Shown: positions 23,901 to 29,852 of the stretch, in pieces
How positions within the stretch are numbered: the first letter of the stretch is position 1
How the letters are laid out: each line of letters opens with the position of its first letter
Source: Schmidtea polychroa
Taxonomy: Eukaryota
NCBI GenBank assembly: GCA_044892525.1
Contig: CM097885.1
Span: 139,934,001 to 139,998,000 of the forward strand
DNA: 64,000 nt
Direction of reading: 5' to 3'
The notes under the pieces: generated by a model
Database searches by the model: none
Seen by the model: only the letters and a program-made list of their open reading frames with translations
What the model was told of the DNA's origin: nothing
Program-made: the position numbers and the translations under genes

Positions 23901-26418
23901 TCACCTATTCGAAATTCCAAATCAACTACTACAACGTGGCATAAAATTCTCAAATCACAAAGACGAACAACTAATCAGAAAACGAATTACCAACTTCGAA
24001 AAAGCTATATCTCAATTTACCGATAAAGTACAAGTAAAATTTTGGGACACCGTGAGTGTTTTGCATATGATGGAAACTATGAACAACATTCGAGAAACTT
24101 ACCTAAGCATTATTCAAGTTCTAACGGCAGAGGAACGCATTAATAATTCGAACAAGAAAAAGATAAAAAGGAAGAAAGTAAAAGCAGGAGAGTCTGAGGA
24201 ACAAGTCGATCAACCAATAACCGATATAGCAACAACAAGTAAACCAAAGACAATAAACTCCGACCAAGAGATAGTAGTACGTAAGGCTAAAGAAGTATTC
24301 TTTGAAGAAATGCAAGATCTATCCGATGAAGCGATACTAGCAAAAATAACCAAAACAGTACACACCTACGCAAGAGATCAGACCACAAATCTAGACATAG
24401 GAAAAATAAAAACATTTATACCACTAGCATTCACCTTACCAACAAAAGACTCAAGAACACCATTACAACAAGCCATTTTAGCAGCAAAAGAGAACAGAGC
24501 AATAACCATCATAAGAATCCTCAGAGACTTCGGAGAAGAATCTAATGCAAAAAATGGACAAGGAGAAACAGCAATGATGTATGCAGCCATAACAAATATA
24601 CACCCGAAAACATTACATATACTACATCAATCAGGTTCGAGACTTGACGAAAGATCAAACGAAGGAAATTCTACCATGGATTGGGCAACAATACAACCAA
24701 ACTTGGAAATGATTAGATTCATTTGTAAAAATGCTACAAGAACTGAGGTAGAAAATATCTGTAAAAACACGTCACAGTTCCAATGGAACACGATACGGAT
24801 GAACTTAGAAGCCATGAAGTTGCTGCTAACATGGAGAATACCACAAAGCAATAAATATGCAATAAATATAAATGAGTTCTACGAAAACGGAGAAAATGCT
24901 ATGGTTAAAAATACACTAACAAAAGGAGGAACTCCGAAAATCATAATGATCGTATTAAACAGGGAAGATCTCAAATTCACGCAGAATCTAAACGAACAAA
25001 AGCGAATCGGGAAACATCGTCGGATACAATTAAGAGAATTAGTGAAAGAATGGAATAGAAAGAGACATGTAGCAACAGGCAGAAAGGAGTTCGAATTCGA
25101 AGCAAAATTAGCAAGAAACAGAGTGCTAACGGCATACCGCAGATTGTTGAATGATATAAATGTCGAGGACGACATTTTAAACGATAGCGGGGGAGATAAA
25201 GACGATAAAGACGATAAAGACGACAATAATAATGAAAAAGGTCGAAACGGGAATAAAGAGAAAGAGAAATCAGAGGAGAATAATCAAGAAAATAACGACG
25301 CGAGTAGGAAAAAAGAGGAAAATAACCCGAGAAACCGAATGAAGCAAGAAGAAAAGACGAATAGTGGAAAACAGAGGGTATGCCTACTTTTTACCAACAA
25401 AGAAATGGAGACAAATATGATGATAATGATACTCGTACTAACAATGGTGGAAATGATAACAGCCCAGGGAGGAATGAGAACGATAAAAGAAGCCAAAGAA
25501 ACGGAAAATAAGGACAACAAAGAGGAAGAACTAAAACAAGAAAAGAAAAAACAAGTACAAGAGCAGCAATGGGATCTAAAAGAAGAATGGGATTTAAAAG
25601 AAAGGTGTATATTAGGAAGATGTATGTCTAGAGCTTATCAGAGACTAGTGTTAAAAAATGAAGATGCAGAACCAATAACGGAAGTAAGAATACAAGAAGC
25701 ATACCGAAATCGAGAAGGAAAGAGAATAACGAAAGTTAAAGGGAAGGAAGTACACCTGGGAAAAGGAGGTGAGGTAGTGATAACGCAACTCCAGCCAAGA
25801 AAAGAACACAAAGTCTGCATCGCAAGATTAAGACCGGGTGAAGACTGTCTACAATATGTAATACAGCAACAACCTCCAAAAGAATACACAATATGCATCT
25901 GGAGAAAAGATACAGCGAGAGAATGTCGACGATACCCTGGGAAAAGAGGGAAGAAAAGAAAAATCGATGATGAAAAAGATGAGCAAGGAAAACGCAAGAA
26001 AACCAGTGAGAAACATCAAGACAATTATGTATCCGAAGAGGAGATGGAGAAAATACAAAAAATGGCAAAGGAAGGTATGAACGAGGAAATAGCAAGAATA
26101 CGAGGAATGATGAAAGGAAATGACAAAGACGGTAATCTAAAAAGCACAGAAGCAATATCAACAATAACGAGCAAGGAAGAAGCGGAAATTATAAGCATAA
26201 AACAGATGATGTGGATCAGCGGCATAATAATAACAGGGGCCTTTTTAATCATAACGGGGGGGACAATAAAAATAATCAAAGATAGACGGCATCACGGAGA
26301 ACTAGAAATGGCCAGAATAAGAAATTTCCAACATCGTGTAAAACGACCAAGTAATATCAAGCAGGAACAGTGGGTGGAGGCCTGGAATGCTCAGCGCCCT
26401 CCAAGCTCACGTATATAG
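11983..26418 (+). CDS. gag-pol: E1 single polyprotein (~4,811 codons open; first ATG 12538): Gag-Ubl x3-AT-hook-Bcl-2-like-glycoprotein-PR-RT-RH-IN-ANK-FN3/TM
   Basis: Three CCHC knuckles (13288-13440), protease IDTGA (~19768), RT YIDD (20989-21000), RNase H TDASG (~21433), integrase HHCC, DDE core and GPY motif (22080-23110). No internal stop. Confidence 0.97.
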   Translation: MIRVSKGNTISYFHCRHPSNQVNSEPAQEESREYTNNPGKAIQNPHKGRQYQNRTRPIQQTLTVENPREKTEKSKRKITDKPNLRSSSKPGDVLFSGDELDQLKRGRSFRQQRGISQGAKRPHKTPIYDQENPTAGHTPSRSRSRESLSDITNNLTGSTEELSVHSLATSLENLKEIIEFQEPIKMNVVKTDEYKEKFRGEPFNGNANKLATFITNFEVYIDVCGWTSEAISKRMPLFLCDSALEVYLEAKERNTKLDNWENIKTFLRKTFGASKPINQALGELASRKQRANESITLYASELRRLAKKAMNGNLPEENLIGYFIEGLRREEVRASVGCQMCKTLEEAIDWATRCELHLPAQMNVMQEEGRIATATVKTENGDNNNHEPKMNQFIPGAHQIFKPPQGRSNGNNSERNNSNNGNNFNNRRNMNDNKQCRTCGKPGHWDRDCYRNANCNRCGRRGHTENICQSRGCFNCGQLGHISRDCRERSQQQRPPQRNNNYAPNPQRQSNPSEGKQMNVMQEISQMKQMMQQMMRPRQEQVPQPTQNIRMMRSTENLNNYEVQQHAQEWQRLQAEEERIKRERIQQRQEQPLRINMMRMVKEIKEQYCYNYGKNPRVVPMSEPEKLKETITAAQKENSTTPLKGNQRIQKIFWKKIKDKIERENEQTKTEAEAENNENEKQINHLKHNMIRELDSEELTILENNKLKKVPRMRNLRINMMRTTKKVLSTDDDEDYVSSLGGEMLQLNENIDQLREKIGADEDERESDVTSESEDENIEMKLRKEREEAIKQVKEILPVVVRNQEFIDIIPYRRFIQKIMKLERNEKDLIPNEEKVIIKKYMEKMKQAETTRYVIKIGTSKGLERIWIKNAVTDELFDWIREHLGSSRKKEYLYQHQGEQIKPDMHLIDALIWPGETQILKLYKEKQPANIHEWAKDAKAEYDFNIKLKLEQIKQCTLRRNLDKLIKQIQEQVEDNWDLLITRRTADMHELLSRLRDTELLRMSDWRTINLIHKYGRLKETQPQKLEITIWLPNEEKRRIKMSNQSTVDDLVTKINQEITEKVQSESSDGMIDDVVMMYDKIILRAEDDTSLSEMGMWDNHQIIRILPMDEFRTRDITYQKEIRDRMKTLYQKSVEIIEIHQQWLKEKGLQGKIKKLSVRSCRRTPWERTWNAENKEWEIRKGIFVETDIGEIESESEEEEDEPPKYEEDEIESTSDDESETDVTSESETETRHIHAMRKKEREYADMDSEEAMEAREREEKERYKQLGDILATGTKNQKRQVIALANIILKTSENIHNLREMAKAIEEYRQYNEWYPEQLEQIIRKWRNQEWAQDTQERYRIRVKYPDKSIEDTEVHPTTKIRELKKKLAYETPFHLQLFGKSLDDNADVGITPMRLGEINVLTMAETLGKPIKRKNKSSKPTKGSLSTPSPNKVASKTNETEEIEEIILEDSDEGAGERSPILVRWPTGAEIWTTSQPSTSYQQPNKLSIEEIIDNTTETETDEQFQRQKGLTKATPEGQTDKIIDEWNEWLRNNDSSLPRTDNERNPNYENTREAGTMMEKRAKGRPKKQGEKPEFKTREQLKQEQGQVRLEKLDKIVWDLKEAQPTIERGEKWIRELVKDMLIITNPQLRRLWQRKVASVDARQLWNTISGIIPKLIKEKTKTTKTDWEETRRVIEQLTLNANDDEHHLVVLTYLMYNLMGLAARKIPNKQFANHVEMTVTIIENTIEPHIIRAGGWKRLIQAPRKNEQERSMQIRLKKLLNELEWELPLKDPASRKASINSLMMTMMIWMLCTSGAAGFTIYDCDNSIIGERYSLRDIEECRQASPNKLDIVKKKVSYHVYQESDFIRTQARECVVSKKVLAYYCGQYSYSTLILPGLDKEIVPIQREDCKELFRTGAMRIRDGVTIHGQSGMIKTESIYVAGRVKSTDGSCNGGTYTIRGEVISGVVVIESYTVELKEYEAQFDANNYQMKTNPACRATENVCRTGISTIIYEANTQKCRLQLLKSALFNEVKGEIYENEDDDEENGNVRMRNGKPVPPSPKEKRLTTQKTPTALITDDPDIGMRFIREKETTKCDSIVYRTNYAGIYMSRQVIDRAVGKVATEDVKLYLYANNKMDFLFHRGQTTMQKVYYDLIQNDCSLNKEILKTKLAIAITHPDNTMPSLPLPDGHFGRMVGEVMYTYACTKTFARLPRKPTIPPGKCANELEISYKGRNRFVQPVTRIMNPIGFYPNTFNCSNAYGPLYEKPDGKWIMLPVKTEVQEPKKFGLIELATEQDFKPIDVSKAGMYSPEDLETARLNVLFPARRESILSNMVTITGGTNFQSGPNYELLLSPDHFQQATSNMMKAMWGRFLVFGQMMAGILGIILIIQIVRVILTQMLACFDIYKREKKVNWKLIVGFLPFLAKTMVLHGHSKDIHRIKRLIKILTKIKGTDEEVGRRFRKTMYDEATRTQLKKNKPKFLDRFRNRSNSSDSDDDDNGNDKYPYPSRNPNEKPIETAPYWEKEKTNTWIANGSYIPPDIVGQQTALTMTQNMYPQLPSQPGMNYMPTRRTKSVDQADDVRTIAVMSSPGGAAVTVMIQINGKETSAMIDTGANVSAIAINQIPSKCWKDIEQTTIHIIACSKETVDVVGRWWTTLRYQDNEIETYLAVIPKLSEPCIIGTDLMPELFKEVVIDLTTMCLKDKMGRICKMNAIIRCPEKIIVPAKSQMICQIKVDAGMEGEVIFEPSKSFEKRRELPLAREIITINEDGEIPINITNFEEEDKIIYENERLGRLTPMIDIELPKIINETTKADELWIIDSTLLTEKEKERLQQLLIEYKDIFAISDLDLGACDVTLHAIPLIDETPIALRPYKLAEKQKEIAEVEVQKMLDAQVIEPSCSPWQFPVVMVKKKDGTQRFCIDYRKLNAVTKRDTYPLPDINEMLLMLQGAAYFTSLDLKSGYWQIKVKEEDKEKTAFTLGRDLYQFRKMPFGLTNAPASFQRCMNFVTHGIKQCMVYIDDLLIYSATFEQHLEDIRNVFVRLRQWKLKLKPSKCDWAKEKVTFLGHIVSAKGKEPDPRNIEKIKTCPAPKTVTQVQEFLGLCGYYRKFIKNYAGIAKPIQELVKKDISFIWGAEQQKAFETLRDKLIEAPILVHPDFKKPFLLATDASGYAAGAILGQLDEEGKERVIGYYSRTFKKHEKNYSVTEREALAIIQAIKHFRYLLWGHEICITTDHQPLVWLGQHKEASSRLMRWAMQLQEYSPFIKFKAGRANANADCMSRFIFPDLVDHEMQRICLMVAEDLDFCQLRKDQQEDTELKQIIEYVKTGKAEVYEKDQKLKEHMDKHRHRYIIEKDWLLIMDGEKRLMCIPENRRKDLLTQYHDGRLGGHMSSKKTLARMKQKYFWPTLTEDVAEWVKNCITCATRKNTGTKWKAPLKPMPVPAEPMTMISMDVVGPLPESDRGNIYILVITDYLTKFPEAFATADQKARTIAKILVEEICCRYGTPKQILTDQGTNFMSEIMSEVTNYFKIAKLRTSPYHPQTNGMTERFNGTLIQMLSNYVDRHQRDWDEYIKLCLMAYRMSIHASTKMSPFKLMYGRECNMPMDLEYQPPISQYMEIDDYVTKFKERMQEIWETAGLNIKFYQESYKELHDRKKNVKQHTFQTGEWVMIETPELIPGTTKKLQRNGKGPYEILFVGETNVRVRLVNNPFTRPIYVNVARCKPIPKTATSQPEGRTLTTRSQTYRINMLQQINEPTGNRLGLQPSEAEKIIKEVKVKMPGWAEDRLDFEILGGLLTMIENYANRERTHPLLRVVKSQWPILFTITDHYGDTPLHKLLKVGSNEQILETIEAFRDCNISTDQENNQGYTPLMIAANRDKAKDIIIALLETGSKITTQDHNQENALHHAIEGKSTEAFIILVDLLSYEDNREIGNMYDGLLTAIKEKLTTIAGILIAWRNPIKNDYMVDINETFTKGENTLMREAMRGHHLFEIPNQLLQRGIKFSNHKDEQLIRKRITNFEKAISQFTDKVQVKFWDTVSVLHMMETMNNIRETYLSIIQVLTAEERINNSNKKKIKRKKVKAGESEEQVDQPITDIATTSKPKTINSDQEIVVRKAKEVFFEEMQDLSDEAILAKITKTVHTYARDQTTNLDIGKIKTFIPLAFTLPTKDSRTPLQQAILAAKENRAITIIRILRDFGEESNAKNGQGETAMMYAAITNIHPKTLHILHQSGSRLDERSNEGNSTMDWATIQPNLEMIRFICKNATRTEVENICKNTSQFQWNTIRMNLEAMKLLLTWRIPQSNKYAININEFYENGENAMVKNTLTKGGTPKIIMIVLNREDLKFTQNLNEQKRIGKHRRIQLRELVKEWNRKRHVATGRKEFEFEAKLARNRVLTAYRRLLNDINVEDDILNDSGGDKDDKDDKDDNNNEKGRNGNKEKEKSEENNQENNDASRKKEENNPRNRMKQEEKTNSGKQRVCLLFTNKEMETNMMIMILVLTMVEMITAQGGMRTIKEAKETENKDNKEEELKQEKKKQVQEQQWDLKEEWDLKERCILGRCMSRAYQRLVLKNEDAEPITEVRIQEAYRNREGKRITKVKGKEVHLGKGGEVVITQLQPRKEHKVCIARLRPGEDCLQYVIQQQPPKEYTICIWRKDTARECRRYPGKRGKKRKIDDEKDEQGKRKKTSEKHQDNYVSEEEMEKIQKMAKEGMNEEIARIRGMMKGNDKDGNLKSTEAISTITSKEEAEIISIKQMMWISGIIITGAFLIITGGTIKIIKDRRHHGELEMARIRNFQHRVKRPSNIKQEQWVEAWNAQRPPSSRI
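14530..16200 (+). other. Three ubiquitin-like (beta-grasp) domains in the E1 polyprotein (~14530-14760, ~15052-15306, ~16000-16200)
   Basis: For example RYRIRVKYPDKSIEDTEVHPTTKIRELKKKL...HLQLFGKSLDDNADVG and LEITIWLPNEEKRRIKMSNQSTVDDLVTKI...DDTSLSEMGM follow the ubiquitin strand-strand-helix pattern. Confidence 0.6.
16672..17230 (+). other. AT-hook (KRAKGRPKK) followed by a Bcl-2-like domain in E1
   Basis: The BH2-like IIENTIEPHIIRAGGWKRL parallels Bcl-xL YLNDHLEPWIQENGGW, preceded by a hydrophobic alpha5-like helix HLVVLTYLMY. Confidence 0.7.
17341..19230 (+). other. env: Signal peptide + chuvirus(Jingchuvirales)-type glycoprotein ectodomain + TM in E1
   Basis: FTIYDC...YSLRDIEEC, CDSIVYRTNY, YANNKMDFLF...NDCSLNKEILKTKLAIA, GRMVGEVMYTYAC, CANELEI, GMYSPEDLETARLNVLFPA and TM ~19051-19140 match the Cys/motif pattern of chuvirus glycoproteins. 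Confidence 0.8.
23419..24960 (+). other. Two blocks of ankyrin repeats after the E1 integrase
   Basis: GDTPLH, GYTPLMIAA and QENALHHA in block 1; SRTPLQQA, GETAMMYAA and GNSTMDWA in block 2. Confidence 0.9.
25405..26418 (+). other. C-terminal type I membrane module of E1: signal peptide, FN3-like ectodomain, TM, short tail
   Basis: SP METNMMIMILVLTMVEMITAQ, FN3-like VVITQLQPRKEHKVCI, TM MMWISGIIITGAFLIITGGTIKII. Confidence 0.65.
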
Positions 26419-26586
26419 AAAGGATTATGACTGTATATAGATTGTAAAAAGTAAGTAGGAAATATTTATTTATATAACAGTATTCTATATTTTTATATAA
26501 GCGCGGTATCAATAGTATATAATGATGGGGATAATTAATATGAAAATAAAATTAGATAAGGATTGAAAAGTATATATAAATTAAGA

Positions 26587-26946
26587 ATGGAGCGAATAGG
26601 CGAGGAAGTAAACCACAGTACAACAACCGAGGAGATGTGGAAACAACAATGTGCAATGTTAACTCAAGTGATTTCGAATTTACAGGAACAAGGACTCGCT
26701 GTACAAAGAAGCTTAGTCGAAAGTTTAAATAAAGGCTTCAATTATGTAAGAATAATCGAAGACCAACGAATAAAAATAGAACAAATGCAGCGAGAGATAG
26801 ACCGAATATCACGATACAGCCAGGTGCAAGAAGAGGAGTTAATAAGAATCGCGGAAGAGATGGAGCGAGAGGAGATAGAAGACTGGTCAGAATGGTTAAC
26901 CAACAGGGAAGAGGGCGGACAAGAGGCCGACTCTTCCAGCCAATAA
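26587..26946 (+). CDS. Accessory coiled-coil protein (~119 aa from the first ATG)
   Basis: Purine-rich ORF with heptad-like pattern between AT-rich spacers. The ORF track starts it at a TTG (26563). Confidence 0.6.
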   Translation: MERIGEEVNHSTTTEEMWKQQCAMLTQVISNLQEQGLAVQRSLVESLNKGFNYVRIIEDQRIKIEQMQREIDRISRYSQVQEEELIRIAEEMEREEIEDWSEWLTNREEGGQEADSSSQ

Positions 26947-27035
26947 ATATAACCTAACATAGCAATGTAAATAAATGTAAATAAAAATACGAAACTGTAC
27001 CTGTAACGAATATATGTATATATATAATTATAGAA

Positions 27036-28424
27036 ATGGATAAGCGACAACGAGAAGAATTCAGAGAAATTGTTGAACAAATCAGAAAGTCCACCACAAT
27101 TCGAATACACAACCATGTAACGTGTGGAATATGCAAGAGTTTATTAAGAGAACCTCACCAAACCAGATGTGGATGCAGAATGTGCAGAGAATGTGTAGAG
27201 GAGATAATAAAGAAGGGACCACAATGGTGCCCAGTATGCAAAGAAACAATGATAACAAGTTTGGGAGATACAAACGAAGATAAAGCAGCTGTAAAAGATA
27301 TGTTGAACGCAAACCTAGGATGTAAAAACACCCCATGTAATTGGCGAGGAGGGATATGGGAAGTGAGGCAACATATGGAGCAATGTGAGTATAAAATCAG
27401 TCAATGCAAACGTTGCCAAGAAGAGATTAAAGTCAATGAAGAAGCAGAACATCAAAGTCGATGCGAAGAAAGACTAGAGAAATGCGAGTATTGCGGAGAA
27501 AACGACACCTGGAAGAAACTAATCAGTCAACATCACAACATACAAGAGGAGAAAGTGTGCGCAGAATTCAGAGGAGAATGCCCCAACAAATGCGATAAAC
27601 CCGGAGTAATAAAACTCGCTCAACACCTAAAAGAGTGTGAAAGAAAAAAGATAACGTGTGTGCTAGGAAAATGGGGATGTCCGAAACAATTACACCGAGG
27701 GGAATTACCCCAACATCTAGCAGAAAACGTATCAACACACGCGGAAATATGGTCAACGGTATTACAGGAAAACGAAAGGAAAACCGAAAACTTAGAAAGA
27801 GAAATAGTCTCGCTAAAAGCGTTGGTAAAAGAACTATTGGAAGAAAAGGAAGCATTCGAAGAGGCGAGAACAAGTACAAAGATACAGACAGATCTAGTAG
27901 AAACTAGCAACATTATGGTGAAAGAACTACATCAAAAAGTAAGCGAATTAAACCTCAACGAATTAATACCTACGGCTCCGTACATATGGAAAATAACGGG
28001 AGTAAAAGAGAAGATGCAGAGAGCGAGAAATGGAAAGGATACAACATTACTAAGTCCAGCATTCTACTCATGGAAAAACGGGTATAAAATGAAAATGAAA
28101 GCATACCCCAATGGGGATGGAAGTGCATACGGAACGCATTTCTCAGTATTCTTCTTGATGTGCAAAGGGCCATACGACGAGTTAATAGAATGGCCATTCA
28201 AAGCAAAAATAGACCTCGCAATGATGAACTATCAAAGTATACACGAACAGAGTTTCCATACAGCGGGAAACCTCGTATGTTACCAAAGGCCCTTGGAGGA
28301 AGAAGGACCAGCAACTGGAGCACCAAATTTCATCCTACAGCGGAAAGTAGAAGACATGACGAGAAACGACACTATATACATGAAAATAGCGGTGAGGCGA
28401 GACGGGAAGAGTAGGACGGAGTAG
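27036..28424 (+). CDS. Full-length intronless TRAF homologue (RING, TRAF zinc fingers, coiled coil, MATH), 462 aa
   Basis: RING CGICKSLLREPHQTRCGCRMCRECV...CPVC; fingers CKNTPCNW..H..QC, CEYC and CPNKC; MATH YIWKI...SPAFYS...GYKM...YPNGDG...THFSVF...WPF. Confidence 0.95.
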   Translation: MDKRQREEFREIVEQIRKSTTIRIHNHVTCGICKSLLREPHQTRCGCRMCRECVEEIIKKGPQWCPVCKETMITSLGDTNEDKAAVKDMLNANLGCKNTPCNWRGGIWEVRQHMEQCEYKISQCKRCQEEIKVNEEAEHQSRCEERLEKCEYCGENDTWKKLISQHHNIQEEKVCAEFRGECPNKCDKPGVIKLAQHLKECERKKITCVLGKWGCPKQLHRGELPQHLAENVSTHAEIWSTVLQENERKTENLEREIVSLKALVKELLEEKEAFEEARTSTKIQTDLVETSNIMVKELHQKVSELNLNELIPTAPYIWKITGVKEKMQRARNGKDTTLLSPAFYSWKNGYKMKMKAYPNGDGSAYGTHFSVFFLMCKGPYDELIEWPFKAKIDLAMMNYQSIHEQSFHTAGNLVCYQRPLEEEGPATGAPNFILQRKVEDMTRNDTIYMKIAVRRDGKSRTE

Positions 28425-28641
28425 AGAGACGAATAATTTTGTATATACTAATTGTAAATATCGGCGTATATATCCAGTAAAATATTATATAGTAGTGTAG
28501 AAAATTCCCCCAAATCTACCAAAGGTAAACTTAAGCGAAAACTCCTAAAACAACTCCTATAACGAATTATAAAAATAAATAAATAATAAACCAGATATAA
28601 GCGTACAACGTTAAGTTAATGATATCGTTATTTAGACAAAG

Positions 28642-29679
28642 ATGACACAAGAAGGAACTGAAGCCCCAAACCATGAAACCAAAGTCAATAAAATCCATAA
28701 GGGAAAATGGGTCAAAGTAATGTTACAATTGACGAACCAGACCCACAACCATCTCGAAGAGGCCAGGGAATACGAGAATAACAAATATCAGTGGTTAATA
28801 AACAATTTAAGAGCCGAAGCAGAAGCATGCAAAAGAGCCTCTAAGTGGGCATCATTGGAAAACACTCGCCAAGAAGCGCACAGCCACTATTTAAAACAGT
28901 TAGTGCAGGAAGCACGGAAACGATTGACGGACGAAAACACAAAACGAGAAGCAGAAAAACAAAAGGAAGGAAGGAAAATGAATCACCTATTGGCAGAAGC
29001 CCGAAACTGGAAGCGGCAGAACAAAGAGATGAAAAAAGAAATGAAAGAATTGCCTATGAGATTAGAATACGAAAGCGAACAAGGCAAATGGGAGGAAAAT
29101 CTGGTCATAAGAGAAGAACTGAAACGGCTCAGAAAGATTGCGGCCCGAAGCCAAACATGGCAGACCAAAGCCATGGAATTTGAAAGACATCTAGCCATGA
29201 AAATCTCCATAAGGGAGCACGAGAATGCCACAATGGAAGAACTGATACTTCAACAGTCAGGACGACTCGTGGAACTGGTGAATAAGGTCGCAGAACTAGA
29301 ACGAGATGTCAACGGATACCAAGGAGCTCTGGAGCAGAGAAATATGGTACTGGCGGGGAAAAACAAAAAGTTAGAAAACGAAAGGAAAATGTACAACGAA
29401 AATCTTAAAAATCTGGAGATAGAGATCAAGAAATGGGAAAACGGCGAAAAAGCGGAAGAGCTAGAAAAACAGATAGAGGTAAGAGACGATGAAACCAGGT
29501 ATCTAACATACCTGTTGGACGAGGAACTTAACGTGTCAAGAGCACTAAGAGACGAAGTGCAAGAACTTAGAGCGCAGATTCCCCGATACTACATCCCATT
29601 TGATCCCATCGCACTCCAATTACAAACGTCAGTAGAAAGCGATGAGGGATATGTAGGCCAGGAAGAGACCTTTGTATAA
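28642..29679 (+). CDS. Accessory long coiled-coil protein, 345 aa
   Basis: Intact E/K/R/L-rich heptad ORF flanked by AT-rich spacers. Confidence 0.8.
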   Translation: MTQEGTEAPNHETKVNKIHKGKWVKVMLQLTNQTHNHLEEAREYENNKYQWLINNLRAEAEACKRASKWASLENTRQEAHSHYLKQLVQEARKRLTDENTKREAEKQKEGRKMNHLLAEARNWKRQNKEMKKEMKELPMRLEYESEQGKWEENLVIREELKRLRKIAARSQTWQTKAMEFERHLAMKISIREHENATMEELILQQSGRLVELVNKVAELERDVNGYQGALEQRNMVLAGKNKKLENERKMYNENLKNLEIEIKKWENGEKAEELEKQIEVRDDETRYLTYLLDEELNVSRALRDEVQELRAQIPRYYIPFDPIALQLQTSVESDEGYVGQEETFV

Positions 29680-29852
29680 AGATAAAAGGAAAGATAAAAA
29701 ATATAAAAATCGGGACCTGTATCCCAACCAAAAAATTAATGGTACAGTAAAAGTATGAAAGGGACTGTAACCCTGACTATAAAATAACATATAAATGTAT
29801 AAGTATAAGCCGCACTGTAGCGCAATTATTAATTATGTATATATTATAGAAA

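Noticed and set aside
12639-26279. Dozens of short minus-strand and alternate-frame ORFs overlapping the polyproteins (also within 38564-48535)
   Set aside because: Shadow ORFs caused by the strong A-rich codon bias of the plus-strand genes; no recognisable motifs.
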